DNA of 63,983 bases, counting the filler, from Octopus bimaculoides (taxonomy: Eukaryota): the NCBI RefSeq assembly GCF_001194135.2. It is 5 parts of 5 records of this genome, joined end to end, with 100 filler letters (N's around TTAATTAATTAA, not from the genome) between each part and the next. Parts side by side here need not be neighbours in the genome. Positions count along the whole stretch, not along the records: positions 1 to 17,997 come from NC_068993.1; positions 18,098 to 47,897 come from NC_068988.1; 3 more parts are not named here. One strand, given 5' to 3'. Both the position numbers and the translations under genes were made by a program. Under the pieces are notes generated by a model. It had not been told where the DNA came from, did not search any database, and saw nothing but the letters and a program-made list of their open reading frames with translations. Shown in pieces: positions 11,700-24,339 of this stretch; the stretch's first letter is position 1; every line of letters starts with the position of its first letter.

Positions 11700-13150
11700 A
11701 ATATATATTCCTTTCCACTAAACTCAAGTACCTCAGCACTCGGCTGGTGGATCAAATCTGCTGACAGAAAATAATGACATCATGCATCGTTGGACAGAAC
11801 ACTATGCAAGTCTGTTTGTAGACACACACTCAGTGCAAGCACCTTGCCAACATACTACAGCGAGAGGCGAAAACAAAACTGGATGACCAGCCCTCCACAG
11901 ACGAGATTCATACAGCGATTGCTAAGTTAAGAACTCACAAGGCTCCTGGTGTGGATGGTATTCTGGCAAAAATGTACAAACTTGGCGGGAATTGACTTCT
12001 TAACAACCTCACTGATCTTTGCATTATGCTGGGAGTGATGAAAATTCCGAGCAGCCTATGCAACCATACTAGTGACTTTGTACAAACAGAAAGAAATCAG
12101 TACTCCAACTACAGTCATCATGTTGCTTTCAAGTGTAGACAAGATACTGGTGCGTGTTCTCTAAGAAAGACTCATCACCACCATTGCTGACGAAGTCCTC
12201 TTCGAGAGTCAGCGTGGCTTTCGTTAGACATGATCTCGCTCCTCCGCTAGAAAAGGAAGAAATGGAGAGAGCAAAACGTTCCTCCTTATCCTCCAGTAGC
12301 TATACTAGGGCCAGCGGGGGCAGATCAAATATGAGTTGTCCTGTCAGAGCACTTCCCCTTTGAGAATAGTGTGAAAAAAGTTTGTGCTCTGATCTCTACA
12401 GTCTTTGCAATCTTATTCAGCACGATGTTGTGGGAGGCCAAGGAGGAATTTCATGAGGGTATCCACATCCATCTTGGCACTGACGGGAACATGTTCCATC
12501 TTCGCTGACTCCTTGATTGCAAGAGAACTTAGAAGGAGCGCACCACTGATCTGCTATTTACAGATAACTGTACACTTTCAGCACACACTGAAATTGCCCT
12601 TTGGACAGTTGTGTCTAATTTTTCTTAGGCCTCACCATCAGTCTGAAGAAAACTGAAGTACTGCTTCACAGATTGCCACATGCCAACTACCGACAGCCGC
12701 AAATTAGCACCAAACGACACCCCCTTAATGCAGTCGAATACTTCACCTATCTGAGAAGTGTCATTTTTAATGGTGCAACTTGTGATAAGGATATTGAAAA
12801 CCGCATTACCAAAATCAGCACCTCCTTTTGATGTCTGCTGATGCAGCTACGGCAGATCCATGCACTACATCTATGCACCAGGACCAACGTCTACAAGGCA
12901 ACAGCCATCAGTAGTCTTTTCTGTAGGTCAGAAGCTTGGGTGTCGTACAGGAAGCAGATCAAGCTACTGGAACGCTTCCATCAAAGAAGACTTTCTTCTT
13001 TCATGAACATCTCATGGAAGGAAATATCACCAACAACGAAGTCCTCCAGCATTGAAACGATACTGTTGCACAGACAGATCAGATGAACCGGTTGTCTCAT
13101 GCACGGAAAAAATCCAGAATGCTGAAATCCGTTTTTAACAGAAAGCTCAG
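11700..13150 (+). mobile_element. Decayed RTE-clade LINE, RT region
   Basis: RWTEHYASLF, DEIHTAIAKLRTHKAPGVDGI, ESQRGF, DLLFTDNCTLSAHTE, DIENRITK, TNVYKA..SEAWVSYRKQIKLLERFHQR; many stops and frameshifts. Confidence 0.85.
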
Positions 13151-13749
13151 CCAGGAAAATAAAGCGATTACTTTTATAAGAGAGTTTTGGGTATATTTTT
13201 GCTGGTTCAGATTTACAAAGAGTTACTTTTTCATAAGACAAGGAATGTCTCTACTTAATTTTTGTTATGGTACACGTATTTCAAGAGCTGTCAAAATTAC
13301 GTGGATATATATTTCGTATTAGAAGGAAAAAATGAATCTTACACAGTAGAGCGTTGAAAAGTAATGATGCTACAGAATTTGTGAAGGAAAATAAAATGTG
13401 AGCTACAAAAAGAACATTCAAAGAAAAGAACTAGAATGAATATAGAAATACAAGTTCTGAAACAATAAAACTTTCAAATATTTACTAATGATTAAGTAAA
13501 GGCTGATACTTACCTGCTATATAGGAAAGAACATAATTATGTTGACATGAACAAATACATTTATGTATGTAAATAACTCAAGGAAAGCACACACACACTC
13601 GCATAGATATACTTACTTGTTTATAACTGTGCATCAAATGTGGCGAGGATTGTCTCGTTCATTTTGCCAGTATACTTTCCAAGTTTTGTTATAAAGCCTC
13701 AGTTTTTCCTGATGGTGCTGAATTCTTTTTCTCTCTTTTATAGTGAATC

Positions 13750-15060
13750 CATAAAAGCAGATGATAAGCAACGAGATCTTCCACTTTTGAAAGGTGATGT
13801 TGTTCATTTTTAATTAGTCTTCAGTTAGTATTTGAACTGTTTCTTCTGTCCTCTTGCCAAGCGCTGATCATGATGTAACTGGCCAAATGTAATTGTGATA
13901 CTGAGATGGTTATTTAGGATAATTCTCTTTCTGAGCATCCCAAAGAATTCTTAGCTGATCTTGCATTTCTTTAAACAGTTTTCAGAGATTAGAAATGCTG
14001 CAACCTAGGTATCTGAATCGGGATACTCTAAGGATATTGTAATGAGAAAACTTGAGTAGAAGGTCGATGAACGTGAAGATTATCTTAGCTTTCTGAATGT
14101 AAACTATCAGATCAATTCTTTCGAAAGGTGTAATATCAGTTTAGAGCTTCTGGAATGTTGACTTTCAAAGCTCAATAATCGGTATATTGTAGCTCAATAA
14201 TCTACTCATATCTGAGGTTAATGTTGGTTCAGTCTTTTGCATTATTTACTATTAACATCGATTCAGATATTAATAGTAAATAATGTTTCCCTTTTCCATC
14301 TTGAGTAGGAAGGTGATCACACAGATACGGAAGATATTAAGTACAGGAACTAGCCTGCATTATTGCCTGATGCACGTTTTACATTGAAGAGTTCAGGCAA
14401 CTACCTTACCCCTCAACAACAAAATAGGCAATCACTCTTGTGTGGAACTACGGAGAGATACTTCAAGAATTTGAGTGGAAAAACAAATTTTTCAGTGCAT
14501 CCTACAGATGTTTCCTCTTAACTGTATCGGACGACTTCAATAACAGAAGCAATGTACAGGGCTCCGAAGCATTTTTCCTGAAGCTGTATTGTCACATTGA
14601 TCATGCCGACTGAGTCTAGCATCATCTTGATCAGGGCTTTCCAGTAACGCAGCAGACATATTTACCTCCTTTATTTCTATAGATGTTCACAACATGATTG
14701 TTTCTTCAATGTCTGCTAGAATGTAATCTCTGATTTATAGAGTATTAATTTCGGCAAATGTTGGTAACCTATCAAAAGATAGTGAGTAGTGAGCATTTCA
14801 TAAAATTCTTCATGCCTTCTGATTGGTATTCTAGTAAGGAAGTGCTATCTACTGACGTGACTTATGTCATGAAATTAGGAATATTTATTGCATCAAAAAT
14901 TATGCGCACAATGCTTGTTTGCAAGTATCTGAATTTACTGGTCCTTTTCTAATACACCTTTCATTTTGCAAGGTTCGAATTGTTGGTTGAGTCTTGGAAT
15001 TATGTGAAGAGAGGTTGTTCAAGATTGATTTCTTAGTCTATGATTTTCTGAACGTATCGC
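13750..15060 (-). mobile_element. Possible heavily decayed hAT transposase
   Basis: Fragmentary motifs in hAT order on the minus strand: MKG..HCAHN, FVFPLKFL, PVTS*SA..RLIKN..TFQKWKISLLII (dimerisation-domain-like). Match is weak. Confidence 0.4.
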
Positions 15061-15280
15061 TGTTCATATACTCATTCTTGACAGTTTTGTTTTGAACGCA
15101 ATGGTTTCAACCGCACTATCATTGAGCATGTAACTAAAGGAAACCAATGCGAGTTTCTGTGGCAAGTTTACTCTGAAACTTTCAGTTTGGCAGCTTAACA
15201 GTAATGAACATACTTGTAAATGTCGGGACAATAGAGTTTGCAGCAAATGAGCCTCTTCATACGCGTGCGCGCACACGCGC

Positions 15281-15319
<39 letters not shown>

Positions 15320-16242
15320 CTCTCTCACTCTCACTCTTTCTCTTCTCCGGATATATATATAGTTATCTAGCTATCAGTATGTCTCTCTCTTTCCGACACA
15401 TACACACTAACCTAGATATAAGTATGCGGAGACATTACTTTTTGCATTATTTATATCTATATATATTGTGAATTAGCAATATAAATATATAAATCTGTTT
15501 ATATCTCTCTATGCAGCAGAAGAGATGTTACAGACATCAAAGGAATAATTCAAAGTAATATCTCGATTTATATCAACATAAATTGTTTTTTGGTGTCAAA
15601 ATCCAAGAACAATAAAGACAATGACAGATATGAAGAGAAATTCATTCAAAGGTAAAGAAACAAGCGCCTTGTTTAGAAGTAAATAATACGTCTGTCGCAA
15701 TTTAATTTTTGTCCTTCTTCAAATTTGCTATGAACAACATGAAAAAAGTGTAATGACAATGGTTTTAATAAGGTTAAGACTTACCTTCATAGGAATTAAA
15801 TGAAATCTCACGCTTCAGTGACGTCATTGGGATTCAATTCGTTCGGTTATTGTAGAATGAGTTCTCGAATGTAAAGTATATGTATAAATCCTTACCTGAT
15901 TGCCTATAACTGAACTGATGCTACTACAGCCATGCAAAATAATTAAAACTCATTATACCATGCTAACATGCATTTTCAATTACAATTCCTTTGAAACATC
16001 GCAAATAATATTTCCGACAAATAAACTCATAAAAAATATCTTTACAACATGCCATTCAAATATTTTTTTACTTAATATTTCATTCAGTTTTTCTCTTTTC
16101 ATTTTGTAATTATTTTTTAAAATCACTTTTTCATTTCTTGTTTTGTTTTGTTTTTATTTAATTTTTTTCATTTTAAATTCTTTTTTTTTTTTATTCCGTT
16201 AGCAATTATGGACTTCATCAAGCTGGAAACGGGTTGACTAAC

Positions 16243-16359
16243 CTTTACAGATACCTTTGTCCATGATATATCCGGGTCTACATCCGCAGAAGAATGAACC
16301 TGGTGTATTATAGCATACCTGGTGACAGTTGCCGTTGTTGAAAATACATTCGTTGAAGT
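16243..16359 (-). CDS. Internal exon encoding one calcium-binding EGF-like domain (MEGF6/SCUBE/matrilin/fibulin type)
   Basis: Acceptor TTTACTTCCTTTCTTCTTCAG, 117-bp phase 1-1 exon DFNECIFNNGNCHQVCYNTPGSFFCGCRPGYIMDKGICK with six correctly spaced Cys, donor AAG|GTTAGT. Absent from the ORF track. Confidence 0.9.
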
Positions 16360-16392
16360 CTGAAGAAGAAAGGAAGTAAAATTGATTTTATA

Positions 16393-16600
16393 ATTCATCT
16401 GTCAGATTTTTAAAACTAATCTTGACATTGCTGCAGCTGATCTTTAAATTAGAAAAATTCATCTTCCTCTTAGAATAGTTGATTTTTAGATTCTTCGAGA
16501 TCATCTTTGGATTGACACAACAGTTCAAACTGAGAAATAGAATGTCATAACTGATTATCAGATTGTCAAAACTGATCACAAAGTTGACAGGACTGATCAT
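16393..16600 (-). repeat. Degenerate 21-bp tandem array (heptad-like)
   Basis: Minus-strand units GATCAGTCCTGTCAACTTTGT / GATCAGTTTTGACAATCTGAT / AATCAGTTATGACATTCTATT .. GATGATCTCGAAGAATCTAAA / GATCAGCTGCAGCAATGTCAA / GATTAGTTTTAAAAATCTGAC. Confidence 0.75.
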
Positions 16601-16759
16601 AAGGTTTTAATCATTGATTTTAAACTGTTTTTAAACAACCATTAGATTGTGAAATAAGTTAAAGCGTGACTTACTGAATGATGAATACAAAGAATATGCC
16701 AAGTTAATATTTCCCTTTTAGATAGAGGGAAAACAAAAACTTAAAGATAACTGATGCTG

Positions 16760-17277
16760 ACTTTCAAAGAAAAGGAGTATAATATATCGGTTAAAGGCGT
16801 CAGTGCTAGACAGAAAAGGAGTGGAGAGAGCAGGTCCCCTTGGTATATTCCTATTCTAGTGGGGATGGCTTTAGTTTTTATAATTCCCTCTTGTCTGTAG
16901 CCGCAGAACTGTTAGCCATTTATTTATGACATGTTTTACAAATTTTATCACTGTTGGTGCTATCTTGCTTATGATTAGTGCCCCAAGGATCCATATGGGG
17001 GGAATGCCGTGAAAAGCCTTCCGGTAATCGATACAAACCACCCTTAGACTTTTCTTTTACTTTCGGTAGTCTTCAGTTACGGCTTTGTTGATCATTAACT
17101 GATTTTACAGCCATATGAGCCTTTACAGCATCCCTTCAGCTCTTTTGGAAACTGATTTATTTTAAATGTCTGCCCATTCCCTACGATACTATTGCAGTTA
17201 CCGCTATATTGGTTGCAAGGAGACATGTTATGGGTCTGTAATTTTGCGGGTTTGTGGGAATTAGGATATTTTTCCAT
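16760..17277 (-). mobile_element. R4/Dong-like RT fragment
   Basis: GCCKGSYGCK, VCIDYRKAFHGIPHIWI, IGIYQGDLLSPLLFCLALTPL; the plus-strand edge abuts (TAA)n at ~17280. Confidence 0.8.
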
Positions 17278-17314
17278 TTATAATAATAATAATCCTTTCT
17301 ACTAAAGGCACAGC

Positions 17315-17997
17315 CTCTGAAATAAGGGAAGTGATGAGCGATAGAACAAGTTGCAAATCGCCCGGTTAGGATGGTCTGCCCAACGAATTCTATGTTTTCA
17401 TACCTGATTTATTTGGCAGCCTCTTGGCAGATGTCTACAGTAACTGTCAGCAGAACAGCGGAATTCTTAGTGCTGTTAGCCGGAGTGTGGTAGCACTGCT
17501 GAGAAAAGACGCTGACAATGGGGACGTGCTAGGGAATTTTCGGCCCATAACTTTGCGAAGCACAGAGTTTAAGATTTTGGCCAAGGTGTTCGCGAAAAGG
17601 TTGGCGCTTGTCGTTTGCAGTCTGGTCGGGGAGGTACAAACGTGCGCAATCTCGAGCAGGTCTATCTACAACCTCTACCTTATGCGATACATCGTAGAGA
17701 GGGCTGGGACTAAAGCTGGCTTCGGTGAGGCCCTAATCAATTTAAATCAGTCGAAAGCTTTCGATAGGGTAGAACAATGCTGCTTAGAAGCCGTCTTTAA
17801 AGCGGCCGGTTTCGGACCCGTTCTCAGAGGCTGGATTGCTGCAATGCACAGCAGCACCTGAACAGTGGTCAAAGTAAATGGTCACCTATCGGAACTGTTT
17901 GGTATCACACGTTCAGTCTGTCAGGGCTTCCTGCTGTCATCTCTTCTGTATGTGCCGGCCCTCGAGTCACTGCTGTGGAAGTTGGGACAGTTAAGAG
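17315..17997 (+). mobile_element. L1/Tx1-like LINE RT fragment, cut by scaffold end
   Basis: KSPG*DGLPNEFY, NFRPITL..EFKILAKVFAKRL, LNQSKAFDRV, VKVNGHLSE.F.ITRSVCQG.LLS.LLY..ALE.LL. Confidence 0.85.
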
Positions 17998-18097
17998 NNN
18001 NNNNNNNNNNNNNNNNNNNNNNNNNNNNNNNNNNNNNNNNNTTAATTAATTAANNNNNNNNNNNNNNNNNNNNNNNNNNNNNNNNNNNNNNNNNNNN
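17998..18097. other. Artificial scaffold-joining linker
   Basis: Exactly 44 N + TTAATTAATTAA (stop codons in all six frames) + 44 N. Confidence 0.97.
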
Positions 18098-18428
18098 ATA
18101 TATATATACTTAAGTCTTAGTTGTGATCTGAACAGAACCGCTTCTGACACAGGAATCGGGAGCCCTTTTGGTCATTCTATTTTCCTTGCTGGGAGGGTTC
18201 CTAACCCATGGGCAAAGGGGGGTCAGGTGATGGCGGTGGTGTTTTCAAAGGGATGGCATGTGTAACCTGATCACCTCTGCCGATCAAACTCCCAACACAT
18301 GCGCTCCAATTGCAACACTGATTCTGCCCAAATTTGACGTCATGTTACTTAGTCTGGCATGAAATAAAGAACTTGATTCGCTTAATAATCCCAACTTAAT
18401 CCCGGGCAAAGCCGGGCTATACTGCTAG
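18098..18428 (+). mobile_element. Non-autonomous Helitron-like element, 3' end
   Basis: GC hairpin CCCGG-GCAAAG-CCGGG (18401-18416), 8 nt before CTAG (18425-18428), followed by T. This is the canonical Helitron 3' signature. Confidence 0.55.
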
Positions 18429-20012
18429 TATATCCTAAAGTTTAAATAAAATGCTACATGAAACAGGTTTCTCACGCTGTATCAGTACGGATGCGAGGTT
18501 ATATCTATAAAGTATTCTTAAAGAAGACAGGGTAAAACATTGGCAAAGAAGACATTTGACAGTAGGAGGATAGTTTACTGGAATGATAGCGAAAGAAGAA
18601 CTTGACAAGCGGGGGCGAAATACAGAAACAATCGCTGTATTAAAGCGAAGTAGCTGCCTCTTGTGTGCGAGCAGGTGTGATTATTTTCAGTAATTGGGGT
18701 GCATTGCTGTATGTTATATGGGTTATTTTAATAGTTATAATCGATCAGGACATTGAAATCCTTGTAATTTATAATAATAAAATGACTGAGTTGTTGAATA
18801 CTATTTAATTACGTGTACGTCTATAATAAATATCGATTTTTTTTTCATGATTAAAAAGTTATTTTCGTAAAGCTTTAATACGTAATGTTTATATCATATA
18901 TGTATATTTTTTATAACTGAAAATTTTATTTTACTTGATAAATAAACCATTAGAGGAGGTAAATGAATGTTAAAATCGTAGGAAAGCCTATTCATAATGG
19001 TGTATTATTTTCGTATAAATTGTTATGATTTTATGTGAGTTAAAAATTTAAAAAAAGCCTTTATATATACGAAGTCGTTTATACAGGTGTAGAGCCAGTG
19101 AGTTACATTTTATAATGATGTTTTGCGGTTAGGACTGATATAAACAGAAAACTGCGGTGTAATTGGACGGAAGAGAAGTGTGTAGTCTTTGGTAAACAGG
19201 CATCGAGGAATCATTAAAGGATCGTTTAGAAGGTCTTTGATATTACTGCAGAGATGTAGCTCCTGGGACAAATAGCAAAGTTATCATATGCAGACTGAGT
19301 GTGAAACATCGAAGTTCTTAGAAGAGTAAAGACCAAGAGAAAGATTCTTAACTGCATAAAGGGACAACAGACTCAGTTCATTGAAACCAAATACAGAGAG
19401 AAACACTGTTGAGTATACTTGGTGGCAACTGGGAAACTAGAAAGAAACGTCCGAAAAGAGAGAGGGAGAGAGAGAGAAGGGCAGAGGGAGAGACAGAGAG
19501 AGAAAGAATTGTTCATGATCTTATCCGCTGTCATCTGGAAAATCGACCAAATAACATATTCCGTTGTATGTGAGACAGATGGGACTGGAGGTCCATCATT
19601 ACATAAAGACATGGCACATGAAGAAGATCGATCGACAGTTACGTTTGTAGGAAAGCTGAATATTGTTGTGAGTGTCAAATATTCTTGTGCTAAATTTACA
19701 TTAAGAAAACTGTTGAAACAAAGTCAGGACTCTAAAACATCAGTTAAATATGGGTGACCAGTACTTAATTTAGCCTTAAGCTAGGCAAGGTTGCTAACCA
19801 AGTATCACAATCCACATTAACTTCAAAATTACTAAAGGATATATATGTTCCTAATATTTGAGAGGAAATTCTGATGGTCTCTAAGCTCACTGCAGCTTAA
19901 AATTTCAGCAAGTCTAAATCCGGTAATATATGAGAAATGATAACCTGTTTAGACATGAAACACATGTAGTTATTGTATTGCCAAAATAATAAACAAATCT
20001 AGAATTATCAAT

Positions 20013-20366
20013 TACTATTAGGACAAGGCTTGAAATCTGGGTGAGAGAGGGATAGTCGATTACATCGACTCCAGTAATCAACTGGTACTTAGTTTATCAA
20101 TCTCAAAAGGATGAACGGCAAAATCGACCTCGGGAGAATTTGAACCTAGAATGTAAAGACGGACGAATCGCTGCAAAGCATTTTGTCCGATGTATTAACG
20201 ATTCTTCCAGTTCGTCACCTTGAGATGTTAAATAATAATGGTTCCAAGTTTTTCTATAAGGGTAGCAATTTTCGGGGAGGGGATGAGTCGATTACATCGA
20301 CCCCAGAGTTAAACTGGTACTTATTTTATCGTCCCCAAAAGGATGAAAGGCAAAATTGACCTTGAA
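20013..20366 (-). mobile_element. Two adjacent SINE family A copies (~20013-20221 and partial ~20241-20366)
   Basis: GTCGATTACATCGAC.CCAG..AACTGGTACTTA.TTTATC..AAAGGATGAA.GGCAAAAT occurs twice. Confidence 0.8.
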
Positions 20367-21595
20367 ACGATGGTAAGTAATGATAGCTTACTATACAAAA
20401 GCGTAACAATTTTGAAAAACTAAGGTATCACAATTCTACCAGTCGTGACAATGATGCTTCTTTTTCGAAGAAATTGCTTACTTCTAATTGTTTTCTTTTT
20501 ATCTAATAACTGGACTGATTATAGATATTAAACGACCAATCGCTTGCTTTTAACTACCAATGAAAGTGAATTAGTTTGACGAGGAATATATTTTGTTTGG
20601 CGTGTCCAACTTAAGAGATAATAAAAAAATAAAACTGTAGCTTTTATCTTTGTAGTTTGTTTATAATCAATATGTTTTGAAATACGGTTTTTGATATATC
20701 CTCGTGCTGCTTTCGTTACATATTATATATGTTGTTTATTAGATACGTTAGATAAGATATAGCTTTGGCAGAAATATAGATTTAGTAGGGATAAAGTCTG
20801 GTTTGATATATTAACTAAGGCATATTGTCGACCCTGTCTGGAAAATTTAATAGATTAGTGATAACAGTCAAGTGTTGGTATGAAGAATATTGAGAAAAGA
20901 ACGAACAGCAAAAAGGAAATACAAATATATGTGAACCCAGTACATTAAAGACATTGTAAATTGAATATAAAGATCAGAAAAGGGGGAAATAGATATGAGA
21001 ATATAAGCTAGTGCGTATCTATCTATCTATCTATCTATCTCTCTATCTATCTATCTATCAATATANNNNNNNNNNNNNNNNNNNNNNNNNNNNNNNNNNN
21101 NNNNNNNNNNNNNNNNNNNNNNNNNNNNNNNNNNNNNNNNNNNNNNNNNNNNNNNNNNNNNNNNNNNNNNNNNNNNNNNNNNNNNNNNNNNNNNNNNNNN
21201 NNATATATATATATAGGAAGTGTATTTGGTGGAAGAAGTAAAAGAAACCGTAGAAAGAAGACGCAAAGTCCGATTAAACGCTATTTATCTCGATCGGCGT
21301 TTCCTAACCGGCATTCTCCGGAATCTTACGCTTCCATCACAAGTGACTAGAGGTTTTGTGAGAAGATCAATTTTATGTAAATACATTTTTGGTGTCATTT
21401 TCGTGTTTAATTTCATATTTTTATTTCCGTTATGCGCAAACAAAAGGCCGTAAGCTGGTAGCCTGTTTAGGATGTTGGACAAACATGTTCAATAACATTT
21501 GTTCCAACTCAGTACTCTTCTGAAAAAAGTCAACTGCTTTTTATCCTTCTGAGGTTGATAAAATAACTGCCCGTTGAACACTGAGGTTTATATAA

Positions 21596-23686
21596 CACTG
21601 GTGAACACACTTTTTGCTGACTTCCATTTTGTGGTTGTTTTTAGTTAATTTTGAAATGATGATTTCAATTATGACATCAATTTCCCCCTAATACATCAGG
21701 TTTTCATTGTATAGCAGACCCCTAGTTTATGATGTACTGTTAAATAATTTACCTTGTCAGGATACCTCGCTAAGTCTTATAGTTTCAAACCATAAGTTAT
21801 AGTGTCAATAGAATATGAAATGTAAGATAGCGTCACCTTTTACTAAATACCTACTGTGAATTTTATAACATAATGAATAAAACACAAAGCATCAAATACA
21901 TAACTTCATATTCACGGAACAAATTTCCACTTGTGACAGAGTCTGGAGACTTTCATGTCTGCACAATCTCTTTGAATACTCCAGCAGTAGTCTACCGTTG
22001 TGTGTGTTCCATAGCTCTCCTCTATAATCTTGATTGCTTGATGAAAACGCTCACCGTGCTTATCGCTCACGTCTACGAGATAGCAGGAAATTCATCGAGA
22101 TGGCTATTGAAGAAATGAAGCTTTATGCATTTGTTGCATCCTAAAAGATGAAAGCTATCAACTAATGTCTCCACCAAATTCTTGTAGTTTGCAGCCTTTT
22201 CACTCCCCCAATATCCTTTCACAACAGTCACAAATGAATCCCATACTCGTTTTTCTACATCAGCCATTGAGCTCGAGAAATTCTGGCATTTCGTTAACTT
22301 TCTAATTTATGGCCCATCAAAAACACTAGACGTTATTTTATCATAGCTTATGCCACAAAATGTCTATATGAATTTGAAACAGTTACCTTCCACATTAATA
22401 GCTTTGAAAAATTACTTCATTAGACCTAATATGAAGGGGTAGAAAGATGATTTTCTCTCGCTCGAGAAGTGGTTGGTGTATAATAATCTTCTCCCCGACA
22501 GTCAAATTTTTCCTAACTGCCCAGAGCTTCTGTTCCCAATGTTTGTCTCATAAACACAGGAAACACGGATATTTTGTATAACCTCCTTGTTGGCCAAGTA
22601 AAAAGTTGACCACTTTTAAATCCGCACATATGACCCACTTGTGTTCATCATACTTAAGTAAATTTAATACAACTTTTATGTGATCATAATTCTCTTTTAA
22701 GTGTACAGAGTGACCAATAGGAAGTGCATCAAACAAGTTTCCATTATAGAGTAATACACATTTTAGACTCTTCTTTGAACGATCTATAAAGAGTTTCCAT
22801 TCACTAGGATCATACTGTTCAACACCCATTACGTTTAACAGTCCCGCCACGTCACACCATAAACAAAATCTTTTCCAATTGTAAAGAATGCCATGAGACC
22901 TTTTTTCCTTGTTCCGGTAAAAGAGTCACGTTTGTTTCTTTCTGCAACAAATGTTTCTCTTTAAGCCTAGAAGCTAACAGTTCTGATAACTCTGTTGACA
23001 GTCCAAGGTCTCTAACTAAAACATTAAGTTCGGCCTGGTTGAAGTTTTGATATCTTTGGTTGGTGTTTCTAGAAAGTCTGAACACTATCATGTTCATGAT
23101 TTACATCTACTTCATATATATCACTTTCACCTTGCAGTGAAGGTAGATCCTTGAAAACGGGTCCTGATATTCCATCGGAGTGAAGCACCGGATGAATTGC
23201 TGAATCCAGATTTGGATAACTTATTTTCTGTCACATTTTCTTGATATAACCAGACGTCATTCTGAGACAAAAGCAACAATCGTTTACATGGTTCTTTGGC
23301 TACCACCATAGCACAAAATACCAAATGTTAGTTGTTTCCTTGTGCCCTTTGTCCATTGGCGCAGATTTTCGACATAATTTATCCTAATCACCAACTTTAA
23401 TCTTTGAGTAAATCAAGTTGGATCTTTTCACAATGTCACTAACGTTCATTCTTTGACTTGGTACTGTAAAACACCCACATGTATAACAAAAAGTGTGAGG
23501 AAAATTCAAAAATTTCAAACATGTATCTACGGGTGAGGCCAAGATGGGTCAGACCATAGAAAAAAGAACAAACTAGACGTGATAGAAAATAACTATTGCC
23601 ATTTTAAAACTCAGTGACCTAAATTATCCCAAAATAGGTCTAAAACTTGACTCTGCAGAAAAAAGGTTAGAATTTATTGGCCAGTG
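21596..23686 (-). mobile_element. Full-length (~2.1 kb) Chapaev3-like DNA transposon with decayed transposase
   Basis: Termini CACTG..CAGTG with imperfect TIRs and ATAA on both flanks. Transposase pieces (~23500-21930): FCYTCG, NHVNDCCFC..ISYPNLDSAIHPV, FNQAELNVLVRDLGLS, WKLFID.SKKSLKCVLL.NGN..PIGHSVHLKE, DLKVVNFLLGQQGGYTKYPCFLC, HGERFHQ, DYCW. Confidence 0.8.
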
Positions 23687-24132
23687 ATAATCGACTAAAC
23701 CCCTACCCTAAAACGATTGTCCTTGTTTCAAAAATTAAAAGAATTTTGATAAAGATTGCATATTCCCAAACGTAGATAAAACCTAGAATATGTAGATAAC
23801 AGGACGACCTTATGGGGAAATGACTTCCTAAGAAGAACTGTTGGTCATTTGATTAAAGAAAGGTCTGGATGAAAAAAAAATATATGAAATAATATTTGCG
23901 GCACTTGATGGATTAAACCCTGTAAATTTTCAAAGCTAGTTTTATTGTTTGTTTAATGTGTGTTGTGAATTTTCAATTAATGTAAGGAAAGGAATAACAT
24001 ATATATAATAAGCTTCCTGAAACGTGGAATATATTTCAAGAGCGCATTTGTGTATCAAGAGTACTAGGAAAATGTTCGGAAACGCTTTCTAGAGATATGG
24101 AGAGAATGATGGAAAATTCTGGATGTAGTAGC

Positions 24133-24175
<43 letters not shown>

Positions 24176-24296
24176 ATAATAATGTATGTGTGTGCGTGTG
24201 TGAGAGAGAGAGAGAAAGAGAAAGAGTATATGTGTGTGTGTGAGGGAGCGTGTATATATCTATGTACGTAGAAGTATTCTTACCAGTAATACACAC

Positions 24297-24339
<43 letters not shown>

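Noticed and set aside
15780-15900. Two AGGTAAG donor motifs on the minus strand downstream of the EGF exon
   Set aside because: I could not pair them with an acceptor giving an open phase-1 exon.
19373-19757. Overlapping 101-aa and 112-aa ORFs
   Set aside because: Both span an AG-rich microsatellite and show no recognisable domain or convincing acceptor/donor pair.
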